This document shows positions 1 to 11,225 of a stretch of DNA of 64,000 nt, one piece after another. The DNA is taken from contig CM075988.1 in the NCBI GenBank assembly GCA_038087875.1, positions 19,594,001-19,658,000 of the forward strand, written 5' to 3'. The notes under the pieces are model-generated. The model worked only from the letters and a program-made list of their open reading frames with translations, had not been told where the DNA came from and ran no database searches. The position numbers were made by a program, and so were the translations under genes. This DNA is from Malacoraja senta (taxonomy: Eukaryota). Every line of letters starts with the position of its first letter. The stretch's first letter is position 1.

Positions 1-977
1 TCTGCAGGGTTATTCCCATGGTAACTGAGTGCTGGAGAATTTCACACAGTCACCTTCTACCACCTGAGACTGTGTGAAATTCAACCTTGCCAACACCGCG
101 TGAGACTGCTTCATCTGTTGTCTAACAAACACTGCAGGTGAAATTAGTTTTGACGTTCTTAATCAGTTCCCAATGGACAAGGATCCTCTGTATAAACTTT
201 CCCAACTCTGCAGAAATTGGCACTGAATTACTGGTCTTACATAGCCGAGGGATGTTTAGGGTCAGAAAAAAAAGCTTACTGATCAAAGGAGCTAGTTTCT
301 TAAGGTGGATGTAGGTTTGGAATTAAATGTCAGTTCACATTAATAAGGGCATGAAGGTCTTGCAGAAAGTAGGATGTGAATCAATGGTTCTGGGGATGCA
401 AGGCTAGACTGGGGAAGCTGTTCGCTCAGTGCCGAATGTTGAGATGAGATCTGATTCAGGTTGTCAAAATTATTCTGGGGTAAATATAGGGACCCCTTTC
501 CATTAGCAAATGGTTGAAGGAGCAGGAGGTGTTAGGGTTGAGGTTAGGTTTAAGTTTTATTATTATTGTCACTGTCACTGTCACGTATACCGAGGTACTG
601 TGAAAAGCTTTTGTTTATCATGCTATCCAAACAGATCAGATGTCATCAAGTCAAACTCAAGCAAAGGGGAAGATACAGAGTGTAGAATATAGTTCTCAGC
701 ATAGTATCGCACAGTGGGGTAGAGGAGAATTAGACAGTACCCGAACTTACGGAAGGACCGTTCAGAAGCTTGATAATGGGGGGGGGGGGGGGGGGAGAAG
801 CTGTTCAGGATTATTCAGGATTATTCAGCTGTTCAGGATTATTATAAAATTAAGTGGAAGTAGCAGCAATTAATGCAAAACAAGAACCAGTCTTCGGAGT
901 ATCCGTTGTAATGAACAACAGTAATCAGTTTGAAATTGAAAAAGGACAGCTTTGCAAACAGACTGTCTGTCCTCATA

Positions 978-1342
978 TTGGACAGGCTAGATGCAGGAAG
1001 ATTGTTCCCGATGTTGGGGAAGTCCAGGACAAGGGGTCACAGCTTAAGGATAAGGGGGAAATCCTTTAAGACCGAGATGAGGAAAAACGTTTTCACACAG
1101 AGAGTGGTGAATCTCTGGAACTCTCTGCCACAGAGGGTAGTTGAGGCCTGTTCATTGGCTATATTTAAGAGGGAGTTAGAAGTGGCCCTTGTGGCTAAGG
1201 GGATCAGGGGGTATGGAGAGAAGGCAGGTACGGGATACTGAGTTGGATGATCAGCCATGATCATATTGAATGGCGGTGCAGGCTCGAAGGGCCGAATGGC
1301 CTACTCCTGCACCTATTTTCTATGTATCTATGTTCTATGTAT
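978..1342 (+). mobile_element. CR1 LINE 3' fragment
   Basis: RLFPMLGKSRTRGHSLRIRG...FTQRVVNLWNSLP...GIRGYGEKAG, the CR1 ORF2 C-terminus, plus a (TTCTATG)-type tail. Confidence 0.92.
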
Positions 1343-1459
1343 ATGCATTAGCCAAATGAAAGACAATCGCATGTGTTAATTGGCCCGTTTCAACCAGAAA
1401 TCTTCAACTTCAATTATTTTATACTGTTGTGATAAAGAGGAAGGAAGTTTATAACCATA

Positions 1460-1636
1460 GGTACACAAAAATAGGCAACGTTTCGGGCCGAAACCCTTCT
1501 TCTTCGTTTGAAGAAGGATTTCGGCCCGAAACGTTGCCTATTTCCTTCGCTCCATAGATGCTGCTGCACCCGCTGAGTTTCTCCAGCATTTTTGTGTACC
1601 TTCGATTTTCCAGCATCTGCAGTTCCTTCTTTAACA
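1460..1636. mobile_element. Penelope-derived fold-back mini-element
   Basis: Inverted arms ATAGGCAACGTTTCGGGCCGAAA / TTTCGGCCCGAAACGTTGCCTAT, flanked by a direct repeat AAGTTTATAACCATA. Confidence 0.8.
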
Positions 1637-1683
1637 AGTTTATAACCATACTTGGCACTTGGCACATCAAACATGGTCATAGG

Positions 1684-2128
1684 TAGACAAAAATGCTGGA
1701 GAAACTCAGCGGGTGAGGCAGCATCTATGGAGCGAAAGAAATAGGCGAAGTTTCGGGTCGTGACCCTTCTTCAGACTGATTTGGGGGTGGGGGGAAGAAG
1801 AAAGGAAGAGGCGGAGACAGTGGGCTGTGGGAGAGCTGGGGAGGGGGAAAAAAGAGAAAGCAGGGACATTGACTTCTCCAATTTTAGGTAGTCCCTGCTT
1901 TCTCCTTCTTTTCCCTACCCTTCCCAGCTCTCCCACGGCCCACTGTCTCCTGCCTCTTCCTTTCTTCTTCCCCCGTCCCCCCCCCCCACCCCCACATCAG
2001 TTTGAAGAAGTGTCTCGACCCTAAACGTCACCTATTTCCTTCGCTCCATAGATGCTGCTTCACCCGTTGAGTTTCTCCAGCATTTTTGTCTACCTTCGAT
2101 TTTCCAGCATCTGCAGTTCCTTCTTAAG
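1684..2128. mobile_element. Penelope-derived fold-back element with inverted pLTR arms
   Basis: The arm at 1682-1850 is the reverse complement of the arm at 1915-2094. Flanked by a CATGGTCATAGG direct repeat. A hammerhead-like core lies in each arm. Confidence 0.85.
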
Positions 2129-2140
2129 CATGGTCATAGG

Positions 2141-2669
2141 CTCAGTCTACCTCGGCGTACATGATCTCCCATTTGCCAAATACTTAAATTCCACTTCCCA
2201 TTCCCACACTGACCTTTCTGTCCTGGGCCTCCTCCGTTGTCAGAGTGTGGCCAAATACAAATTGGAGGAACAGCACCTCATATTTTGCTTTGGCACCTTA
2301 TAACCCAGTGGTATGAATATTGATTTTCCTAACTTCAAGTAACCCTTGCATCGTCTCTCTCTCTCTGTCCCACCCCACCCCATTTGTCGTATTTGTTTCA
2401 CTGTCGTCCTGTTGAGTTTCATTGTCTGTACAACTCATTATCACCTACCCCGCAGCCAACAATGGACCATTGTGGACTCCACCTTTCCTGGATCATTGTT
2501 GGTTATTGCATATCTTTCATTCATTTGTTCCATGTGCCATCTATATCTCTCATTCCCTTCCCACAGACTCTCAGTGTGAAGAAGAGTCTTTATCCGAAAC
2601 ATCACCTATTCCTTTTCTCCAGAGATGCTGCCTGACCCGCTGAGTTACTCCAGCATTTTGTATCTATCT
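2141..2669 (+). mobile_element. Penelope-like element 3' fragment (GIY-YIG endonuclease C-terminus plus pLTR)
   Basis: Translates LPFAKYLNSTSHSHTDLSVLGLLRCQSVAKYKLEEQHLIFCFGTL*PSGMNIDF, typical of the end of a PLE ORF. Followed by a degenerate hammerhead core at ~2575-2603. Confidence 0.85.
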
Positions 2670-4459
2670 ATGGTCATAGGCATATTTGTTTGCTGATCAA
2701 TAGTCGAAGGAGGTCTTCGTATTTATGTATCCAGGGTGCCACCCCTCAACACTGTAACAAACAAGGTGTATATTTGTGTGTTAGGGCTCCGTGGCTGCAG
2801 AAACTTTTGGACCATCCGAATGAATTAATTTGAACCAGCAAAGGTTTTGAAACATTTTGAGGTGTTTTGTCAGCTGTACGGTAAAGGTGTGATTCAATAG
2901 AACCTTTTGTCTGTTGAAGAAAACAAAAAATATCATTGAAGCTTTTAAAATTGTATTGAATCACCTGCTGTTATCTTTGATCTCAAGAGTATAGCTCAAT
3001 ATATAGTTATTGAGACATACAGCACAGAAACAGGCCCTTCGGCTCAACTTGCTCATGCCAACCAAGATACTCTGTCTACATGAGTCCAACTCGCCTGCCT
3101 TTGGCCCATATCACTCTATGAAGGAACCTTTCCAATGAAGCCAACACAGATCTCACCTCAACATTCTGCTTAGAGAGAAGAACAGCTTCCCCAATCTAAG
3201 CTTGCATCCCCGAGACCATTGAATCTCATCTGACTCTCTGTAAGAGCATCATATACTTATTAATGAGGGCTGAGTGTGAACATTTTAGTGCGAGCAGTTG
3301 CTGTTGTAACAGTTTACATGTGAAGCTGATGTTGAAGTAATTCTCTCAGCTTCCTCGCCTCCCATGGGAACTTGCCTTGCTGTGGCACGCATGGTGGGAG
3401 ATGGCAGGAGAAACACCTACAGCACCAACGGACAAATAACAACGTGCTGGAGGTACTCAAGATTCCAGCATCTGCAGTTTCTTGTGCTCCACTCTACCAC
3501 AGCTAGGGACAAGATCCACTGGGTCAGCATTCTTATCTCAGGAGGTACAGAAGCCTGAAGTCCCACATTACCAGGTTAAGGAACAGCGACTTTCATAGAA
3601 CTATCAGATTTTTGAACCAACCTACACAACCCCAACTCTGCCTCGGCAATAGAACACTGCACATCACCTCTTACACTGCTGTTTAACATGTTTACCTAAT
3701 TTTTATTTTGCACTAACGTCTTGGTATTTTTGCACAGTCTTCTTAAATACCTTAGAAATGTTATGCATAATGTACGTATAGTTTGTCTTTGTGTGTTTGT
3801 CCGAGTTTGTGTGCCTGTGATGCTGCTGCACTTGTGCATCTGAGAATAAACGTAGCCTTTCGCCTCAAGCTTTTATAACCCCACTGTTGTTGCACGGTGG
3901 AGAAAAACTGGTGATTGTGCCATTGTTCAAAATTCCAAGAAGAAATGAACACGTCGCAGGAGGAGACGATGCGTCGTCCTGATTTCAGTGCTCTGTTAGC
4001 ATGCGTTACTTGAAATTCAGAAATAATGCGAGTCCAGAGAAGAGAAGTAATGATCTCAACTGCTATCATAACGATTTCATATTCCAAAACCTCAAGAATG
4101 GGAAATCTGCAGACTAATTTTAGTGTGAACAGTTGCTGTTTCTGCTCACAGCACTGGGCTTCTCTGGAGATTTTGATTTCCTTGTTGGCATACAGTAAGA
4201 GCAATACTTCAAGCAATATCTTCAATACTCCTCAACTTGGATGTACTCAAAATAGAGAGAAGCCTATTACGTTTATTGATTTATTTTGTCCTATATTTAC
4301 CAACAAATGTCTTTGGCTCCGCTTGTCACATTAATTGGCTCTACAGTGTATTATTCAGCTTGTATCCTCTCTTCGAAATGCAATTGAGAAAAGTGTTGGC
4401 GCCTTCAAATGTATTCAACAACATTAACATTGTGTGAGACGTTGTTAACATCATCTTTT

Positions 4460-4850
4460 GACTAGAGTCATAGAGTTATAGAGCTGTAGAGCTTAGAAAC
4501 AGGCCCTTCAGCCCACCTTGTGCATGCCGATCATGTTGACATATTGGGCAGTCCTTTTTGTTCAGCACATATCCCTCTAAATCTTTCCTATCCATACACG
4601 TGTCAGAATGTCTTTTCGACATTGTCATTGTACATGCTTCAACAACTTCCTTTGGCAGCTCGTTCCATATAGCTTCCACCCACTGTGTGAAAAAGTTGAC
4701 CCAAGTTCCTATTAAATCTTTCCCCTCTCACCTCAACGTGTGCTGTCTGATTCTTGATTCCTCTACCATGGTAAAATACTCTATTCCCATATATTCCCCT
4801 CTTTATTTTATACTCCTCTATAAGATTACCCCTCAGCCTTCTGCGCTTCA
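4460..4850 (-). mobile_element. CR1 LINE 3' fragment (degraded)
   Basis: RRLRGNLIEEYKI and WNELPKEVVEA motifs in shifted frames, with a GACTCTA-type tail. Confidence 0.85.
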
Positions 4851-5629
4851 AGTTCATTCTTTCTCCAGTAAAACCGGGGTTGTATCTGAGTTGACCTCGT
4901 TTCTGTGATGTTAGTTCACAGTCACTTGATCACACGCCCTTATAAACACGGGAGGATTTACTGGCAGCTTTGTTGCAGCTTCTGGATCTTGTCCACGCCA
5001 CTCCGTCTCATTTTTCTGCAAGTAAATCCAAGCAAGCAACACCAAATTTGCACCTTAAATGCCACATTTAATTGGGGCCAAAGATAAGTATTTTGTGTAT
5101 CGTATGTTGCAATTTGTGCAAACTGACCAGCTTTGGAACAAAGAACAGAGAGCAGTTTCCACATAATCCAGCTTCAAATGGCCACAAGTGAAGTGTTTTA
5201 AGATGTTGACTTGGACGCTGCACTGTCTGGTTAACCTGCCGATTTTTGTCTGGTTCATGTGTGACATGGATAATGGTCAAACACTGCTTGTTTGATATCA
5301 GGCAATTATAATCGTACATCCTTAACAGCCATCTGCTCACAGCCACACAAACATTATCTGTTTAAGTAACCACATTCCACACACACAGGAGTGATCGCTC
5401 TTCCAAACTGATTCTTGATATCTTAATTTAAGCAGGGGAATGCAGACTAATTAATTTTCATGGATCAATTTCATTTTGGAACAGATACATGAGATTGGTG
5501 ATGACTCTTGGTCCTCGTAACAGAGTCAAAACACACCTTTGCAACTTGGATGCAAACATCTGAAAGAATGAATTTAAAGGGATTTGGAAGCACATCAACA
5601 GCTCTACGTTGATGGAAAACTGAGAAGAT

Positions 5630-6900
5630 TCGGTACATTAATGAGTATATTGAGTGCCTACAGGTGTACAGCAGAGAGCATACTACTGTTGGCATCACAG
5701 CCTGGATCGGCAACTAAAAATGCCCAGCAATGAAGGAGATTACAGAGTGTGGTGGACTCTGCCAGGTCCATCAAGGTTACTGACCTCCCCACCACCGAAG
5801 GACACTGCAGGAGGGCCTGCCTCAAAATAACAGACAATATCATCAAAGATCCACACACCCATGCCAGTCATTTCATTGGGGAGAATCATAGAATCATAGA
5901 ATCATAGAAAGTAGGTGCGAGAGCAGACCACCAGGTCCATCGAGCCCGCACCGCCATTCGCTCATGGCTGAACACCAAACAAACAAACACCCCCACCCAC
6001 AAACAGTAGACACAAGACACAGAACACAAGACACTACCCTCCCCTTTATACCGCTATCACCCCTCTCCACCCCAAGAACCGCGTGATCTCCTGGGGAGGC
6101 AAAAAACCGGATAAAAACCCAGGTCCAATTCGGGAAAAAAATCCGGGAAATTCCTCTCCGACCCCAATCCAGGCGATCGACACTTGTCCAGGAGATCACT
6201 CAGGTCTTACTATACTAACCCTACCTAGGTCCATATCCCTGCCCTCTCCCCGTAGCCCCTTATCCCCTTGGCAGCTAAAAAACCATCTATTTTAGACTTA
6301 AATATATTTAATGTTTCTGCTTCCACTGCTCCCTGGGGCAGTGAATTCCATAAATTAACCACCCTCTGGGTGAAGAAGTTCTTCCTCATCTCAGTTTTAA
6401 AAGAGCCCCCCCTTATTCTACAACTATGTCCCCTAGTTCTAGTTTCCCCGATCATTGGGAACATCCTCGGTGCATCCACCCGATCAAGGCCCCTCACGAT
6501 CTTATATGTTTCAATGAGATCGCCTCTCATTCTTCTAAACTCCAAAGAGTAGAGTTCCAGCCTACTTAACCTTTCCTCATATGTCAATCCCCTCATTGCA
6601 GGAATTAATCTTGTAAACCTTCGCTGCACTGCCTCCAGGGAGGAAAGAGCAGGAACTAGAAAATCGTGACCATCAGGTTCAAGATCAGCTTCTTCCCTGC
6701 AACAATCAGGCTCTTGAACACTGCACAACACTAACCTCAGCAATTATTACCTGCTCTGGGCTGTGTCTTTGGTGGCAATATTGTGGTTATCTACCATATA
6801 ATTATTAATTTATTGTATATTGATTATTATATATTATCTGGGTATTATTGTGTTTATAGGTCTGTTAAGCTGCTGCAAGTAAGAATTTAATTATTCACGT
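5630..6900 (+). mobile_element. REX1/Babar 3' fragment split by a CR1
   Basis: Homologous to 15190-15780 on both sides of the CR1 insertion. Confidence 0.75.
5884..6637 (-). mobile_element. Young 5'-truncated CR1 LINE with long 3' UTR
   Basis: Uninterrupted ORF2 C-terminus LEAVQRRFTRLIP...RRMRGDLIETYKI...GIRGYGERAGIWT* (6637-6225). About 340-bp UTR, (GATTCTAT)n tail, probable GGGAG TSD inside a REX1 fragment. Confidence 0.93.
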
Positions 6901-6904
6901 TTGC

Positions 6905-7165
6905 CATCAATCACCTGTTCACATTAGTTCTATGTTATTCCACTTTCTCATCCACTCCCCACACACGAGGAGCAATTTACCGAGGCCAATTCACCTACAA
7001 ACCCGCACGTCTTTCGGAGGTGGGAGTAAACTGCAGCACCCACGTGGGAGGAAACCCACGCGGTCACAGGGGAAATGTGCAAACTCCACACAGACAGCAA
7101 CCTATGACAGGATGGAACCCAGTTCTCAGGTGCAATGAGGCGGCAGCTCTGCCACCTGTGCTGTC
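6905..7165 (-). mobile_element. V-SINE (degraded)
   Basis: Reverse complement homologous to 37482-37809. Confidence 0.75.
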
Positions 7166-8314
7166 TGATTCTGTCTTTAATTTGATCTGATTAAGGAACA
7201 ATCTTTGGACTTGGACAGAATCAGGACTGAAGTTAGGGATGAGCTTTGAAATCTCCTGGGCATTTGGATTGGGGCAGCATGGTTATGGGCAGTGGAACTG
7301 AAGATTGGCCATAGAGCTTTTGGGTGACCTGCTTCCCATCAACCACCCAAGGCATTTCCTGCCGTGTGGAGTTTAAACCTCTCCAATAAAACGACATAAA
7401 ACTGCAAACAAGTGTACAGACACTGTTTAAGTCAGCTTTAATCATCAGTCATAATGGCACAGTACAATACATGTTAGTTCCACTCTACCACTAGTGCGAC
7501 TATGTAATATAGGAAGTGAGTGTTAATATGAAGTGTTCAATAAGATGGAGTTAGTGGTTGTACTTTACTCTGATTGGTTCACATGCAATAACCAATCTAC
7601 ATCCTTCCCCGTAGAGGAGAGAGTTGTTGATCAGTTGTTAGGATACATGCGGTAAAACATACTCTCCGTTTCTGTCCGGCGGTCTACTAACCCGACCCGA
7701 TCGCGTACGAACAAACCCCTCCCCCCTCCGTTCAACAATTGCACTTTCTTCCAATCCCAATTCCCTCTTCCACCCCTTCCACCATGTTCATTCATCCATC
7801 TCTCTCTCTCCTCTTTGTATTTCACTTAGAAATCTGCAGTGAAGTGAGCTCCGGACCTCTCCGTGTCCATCTGTTATGTTTGGAGACCGACTCCAATTTC
7901 ATGCATGGCTTGTTTAACCTTTCTTTTAACATAGTTGAACATTATCAAATATTAGCCAGCCTGGCTCACTGCCCCATGCTCCATACCAGGGTATGTGACA
8001 GTCTGTGCAGATCAAAGGGAACGGACCAGCCTCTTGGATGAAGATCAAATCAATTATTACCTTCAGTAATATAGAACTGTACCATCTGTACGTGGAGGAA
8101 AGGTTGGAGGATTGGTGCAGGATGACAATGATTTTCAGAGAATATTTCCATGTTCAAATAAGAGGTTTCACAAGAAATGCTTTGAAGCAATTCTCAGAAG
8201 GTACACTGTGAAACAGTTGCAGCCATTCAGGGGTTGTGAAGGTGTCAGTTCCAGCAAGGGCTTCAGTGTAGCCTGACAGTTAAAACAGGGGAGCACGGCT
8301 GTATAGGGGGAGAT

Positions 8315-8460
8315 GCAAGGAACTGCAGGTGCCGGTATCTTCAGCAAAACGCAAAGTGCTGAAGGAACTCAGCTGGTCAGGCAGCACCTGTGGAGGGAAA
8401 GGACGGACAACGTTTCAGGTCGTGACCCTTCTTCAGACTGAATCAGTCTGAGGTGACCCA
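8315..8460 (-). mobile_element. Penelope pLTR fragment with hammerhead core
   Basis: Minus strand reads CAGTCTGAAGAAGGGTCACGACCTGAAACGTTG. Confidence 0.75.
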
Positions 8461-8715
8461 TCCTGGACGGGTGTCAGAGGTTATGGGGAGAAAGCAGGAG
8501 AACGGGGTTCGGAGGGAGAGATAGATCAGCGATGATTGAATGACGGAGTAGACTTAATGGGCCGAATGGCCTAATTCTACTCCTACCACTTATGGCTTTA
8601 TGACCTTATAACCCTGTTTAGCTGTCTGGTTTAGGAGGTATTAGCTACAAAGGGTGGTTGGACAAAGTCGGATTGCTTTAGCTGGTGCATCAGAGATTGA
8701 GGGGGACCTGATAGA

Positions 8716-9020
8716 CAGGGCCGGCCTTGGGCCGATTGGATCGATTTTTCCAAATTGGGCCCCGCGCCCAAGAGGGGCCCCGCGTTAATTTTCCGTATTT
8801 CATATGAAAATACAAATTTGCTTTGTTAAATAAAGATTTTTTTTAAACATTCGCCATACAGATTTTTTTTACAAAACGAACATGGATAACAACCGCTGTG
8901 GATAATAAACGACGTGTTAACTGCTACTGTAGCACCTTAATAGCCAGTAGTTATACAATGGGTCATCAATGCATCGATCCACATTCCTCAGTAAATGCGT
9001 TAAATTATGTTTTACTCGCT
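8716..9020. mobile_element. Probable hAT-type MITE left arm
   Basis: Starts CAGGGCCGGCCTT with GGGCCCC subterminal repeats and interrupts a CR1 fragment. Partner TIR not seen (gap downstream). Confidence 0.45.
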
Positions 9021-9320
9021 GCCACAGGAGCGGCCGAGACTCTGGTCTGGTCCGGGGGGGGGGGAGTAGTGGGGTAGTGGGGTAGTACTGGTCAGTACCG
9101 GGCTCTGGGGGGGTGTGGAAATCTACAGGGCAGCAAGCCCCAGCACCGCAGTGAACTCAGCCGTGAGTATTCAACGCTAAACGCCGGGAGTGGGCAGGCG
9201 GGCGGTTGTGTTAACCCGTTCGGTGCCGGTACAACAGCAGACCAGGTTGGAGGTTTGAGTCTGTGTTAACATTGGTGTCGGGGTTAATGTCCGGGCTGGG
9301 GTACGGGTGGGATTTAACCC

Positions 9321-9352
9321 TGTGTGTGTGTGTGTGTGTGTGTCTGTGTATC

Positions 9353-9385
<33 letters not shown>

Positions 9386-9397
9386 CTGTCTGTCTGT
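9321..9397 (+). repeat. (TG)n/(TGTC)n microsatellite running into the gap
   Basis: Read directly. Confidence 0.95.
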
Positions 9398-9597
9398 NNN
9401 NNNNNNNNNNNNNNNNNNNNNNNNNNNNNNNNNNNNNNNNNNNNNNNNNNNNNNNNNNNNNNNNNNNNNNNNNNNNNNNNNNNNNNNNNNNNNNNNNNNN
9501 NNNNNNNNNNNNNNNNNNNNNNNNNNNNNNNNNNNNNNNNNNNNNNNNNNNNNNNNNNNNNNNNNNNNNNNNNNNNNNNNNNNNNNNNNNNNNNNNN
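9398..9597. other. Assembly gap (200 N)
   Basis: Run of N; the true size is unknown. Confidence 1.
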
Positions 9598-9957
9598 GGT
9601 GGGGGGAGTTCCTTTCAGAGCGTGTGGGTAGTCTGTCCTCCCTGGTGGAATAAAACTGGGTGAAAAAAAGGTCTTACCTTCCACTACCTGCAACCTCCGG
9701 TAACCACCTTCAACTAGCATCGCAACCGGCTTCGACAAAAAAATTACCGATTTTTAAAACGGCAACCTATTTTTAGTCGAGGCCGGTTTTGAATTTTTTG
9801 AAATAATCACCGGAACATAGAAGAAGCTCGACTATGCGGAAACCACTTTCAACCATTAGGGAAAGTGACAAAACCTCCGGGAACCTCACGGAAACCTTGG
9901 GTGGGGCGCAAAGTCTCCAGAGGTTTCCGTTCAGGTTTCCTAAGTGGGACAGGGGCA
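9598..9957. mobile_element. Right arm of a Harbinger-like MITE (left part in or before the gap)
   Basis: Ends CCTAAGTGGGACAGGGGCA|TTA, sharing the GGGACAGG TIR tip and TWA target with 11660-12226. Confidence 0.6.
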
Positions 9958-10479
9958 TTATGGAACCATACAATATCGAAACAGACCTTTGGACCACCTT
10001 GTCTATTCCAATGAAAATACCCCATTTTGGAATATTTAGTTGAGACTTAGGGCCGCAGGTCAAAAAAAGGAAAATCTCAAAATGGAAATTCGAAGGTTAT
10101 GGCAATAATCGCTTTTTTAATAAGTAAAGGAAGTACACAGGCAGAGTTAACATAAAATGAAGAACAATCAAACCCTCCGAAGTTTAGCCGCAGTGAGATG
10201 ATTACTATATGAGATTCGGTGCACTTGGTATAAAGAGTTATGAGTCTTTAAAGCCAATTATAATTGGTGCACTAATTGAAAAACGCTTTAGTACAAAAGT
10301 GATGGATGCGGAAGAAAAGTGCAAAGTGATATCCAGATAGATACATATTTCTGTCGTGTCTTTCAGATCTCAAAGTGCCATGCAGCCAAGCAAGCACGTT
10401 TCGAAGGTTAGAATTTATAATTTAGGAAATGCAGCATCCCATTTGAGTACAGAAATCTACCATGAAAACCATTGTGACG

Positions 10480-10790
10480 GTGCCACGGGTGGAAACATCC
10501 AAGACTAGAGGACATAGTTTTAAGGTGAGAGGAGCAAGGTTTAGAGGCGATGTGCAGGGAAAGGTTTTTACAGAGAGAGTGTGGGTGCCAGGAATGTGCT
10601 GCCAGGGGTGGTGGTGGAGGCAGATACTAGTGGCATTTAAAATACTTTGAAATAGGCACATGGACATATGGGGAATGGAGGGATACAGATCATTTGCAGG
10701 CAGAGATTTGTTTAATTGGATCATATTTGGCACAGACATTGTGGGCCAAATGGACCTTTTTATGTGTCATACTGTTCTATGTTCTATGAG
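10480..10790 (+). mobile_element. CR1 LINE 3' fragment
   Basis: KTRGHSFKVRGARFRGD motif and a TGTTCTATGTTCTATG tail. Confidence 0.85.
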
Positions 10791-11225
10791 AAAAGTCAAT
10801 TCACGTGAAGCTGAATGAGTAGACTGGCAATGTCTTGGAAGGAAAGCGCCAGTGAGCAAACGATTTCAGAAACATGATAGTGTTGCTTGTATTGCCGCCT
10901 TTAACAAATCTCTTCACTCAGTCGGGCAGCGGATGCAGAAGCTTGAAAGCACTTACCACCAGATTCAGGAACAGCTACATCCCCACTGTTATCAGGCTAC
11001 TGGTGTGGGGTGGAGTCCCAATCACCCAACCTACCATTTTGTGGACCTTGGGAAGCAGGAACCTTGACCTCCAGGTTCAAGAACAGCTTCTTCTCAACAA
11101 CTTAGGCTCTTGAACACTGCACAACACTAACCTCAGCAACTATAATCCTCCCTTGTCTGCATTTTTAGTTGAACTGTAGACTTCGGTTTTGCACTGTTAT
11201 AGTTACCTGGTACTATAGACAATAG

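Noticed and set aside
2746..2910. Minus-strand terminal exon after a TTTTGTTTTCTTCAACAG acceptor
   Set aside because: The acceptor is plausible, but no frame gives a recognisable peptide and no partner exons were found.
3761..4334. 154-aa and 102-aa ORFs as host genes
   Set aside because: No recognisable domain or convincing splice structure, and one end runs into a REX1 tail.
9211..9738. ORFs spanning the N run
   Set aside because: Artefacts of the gap and the (TG)n microsatellite.
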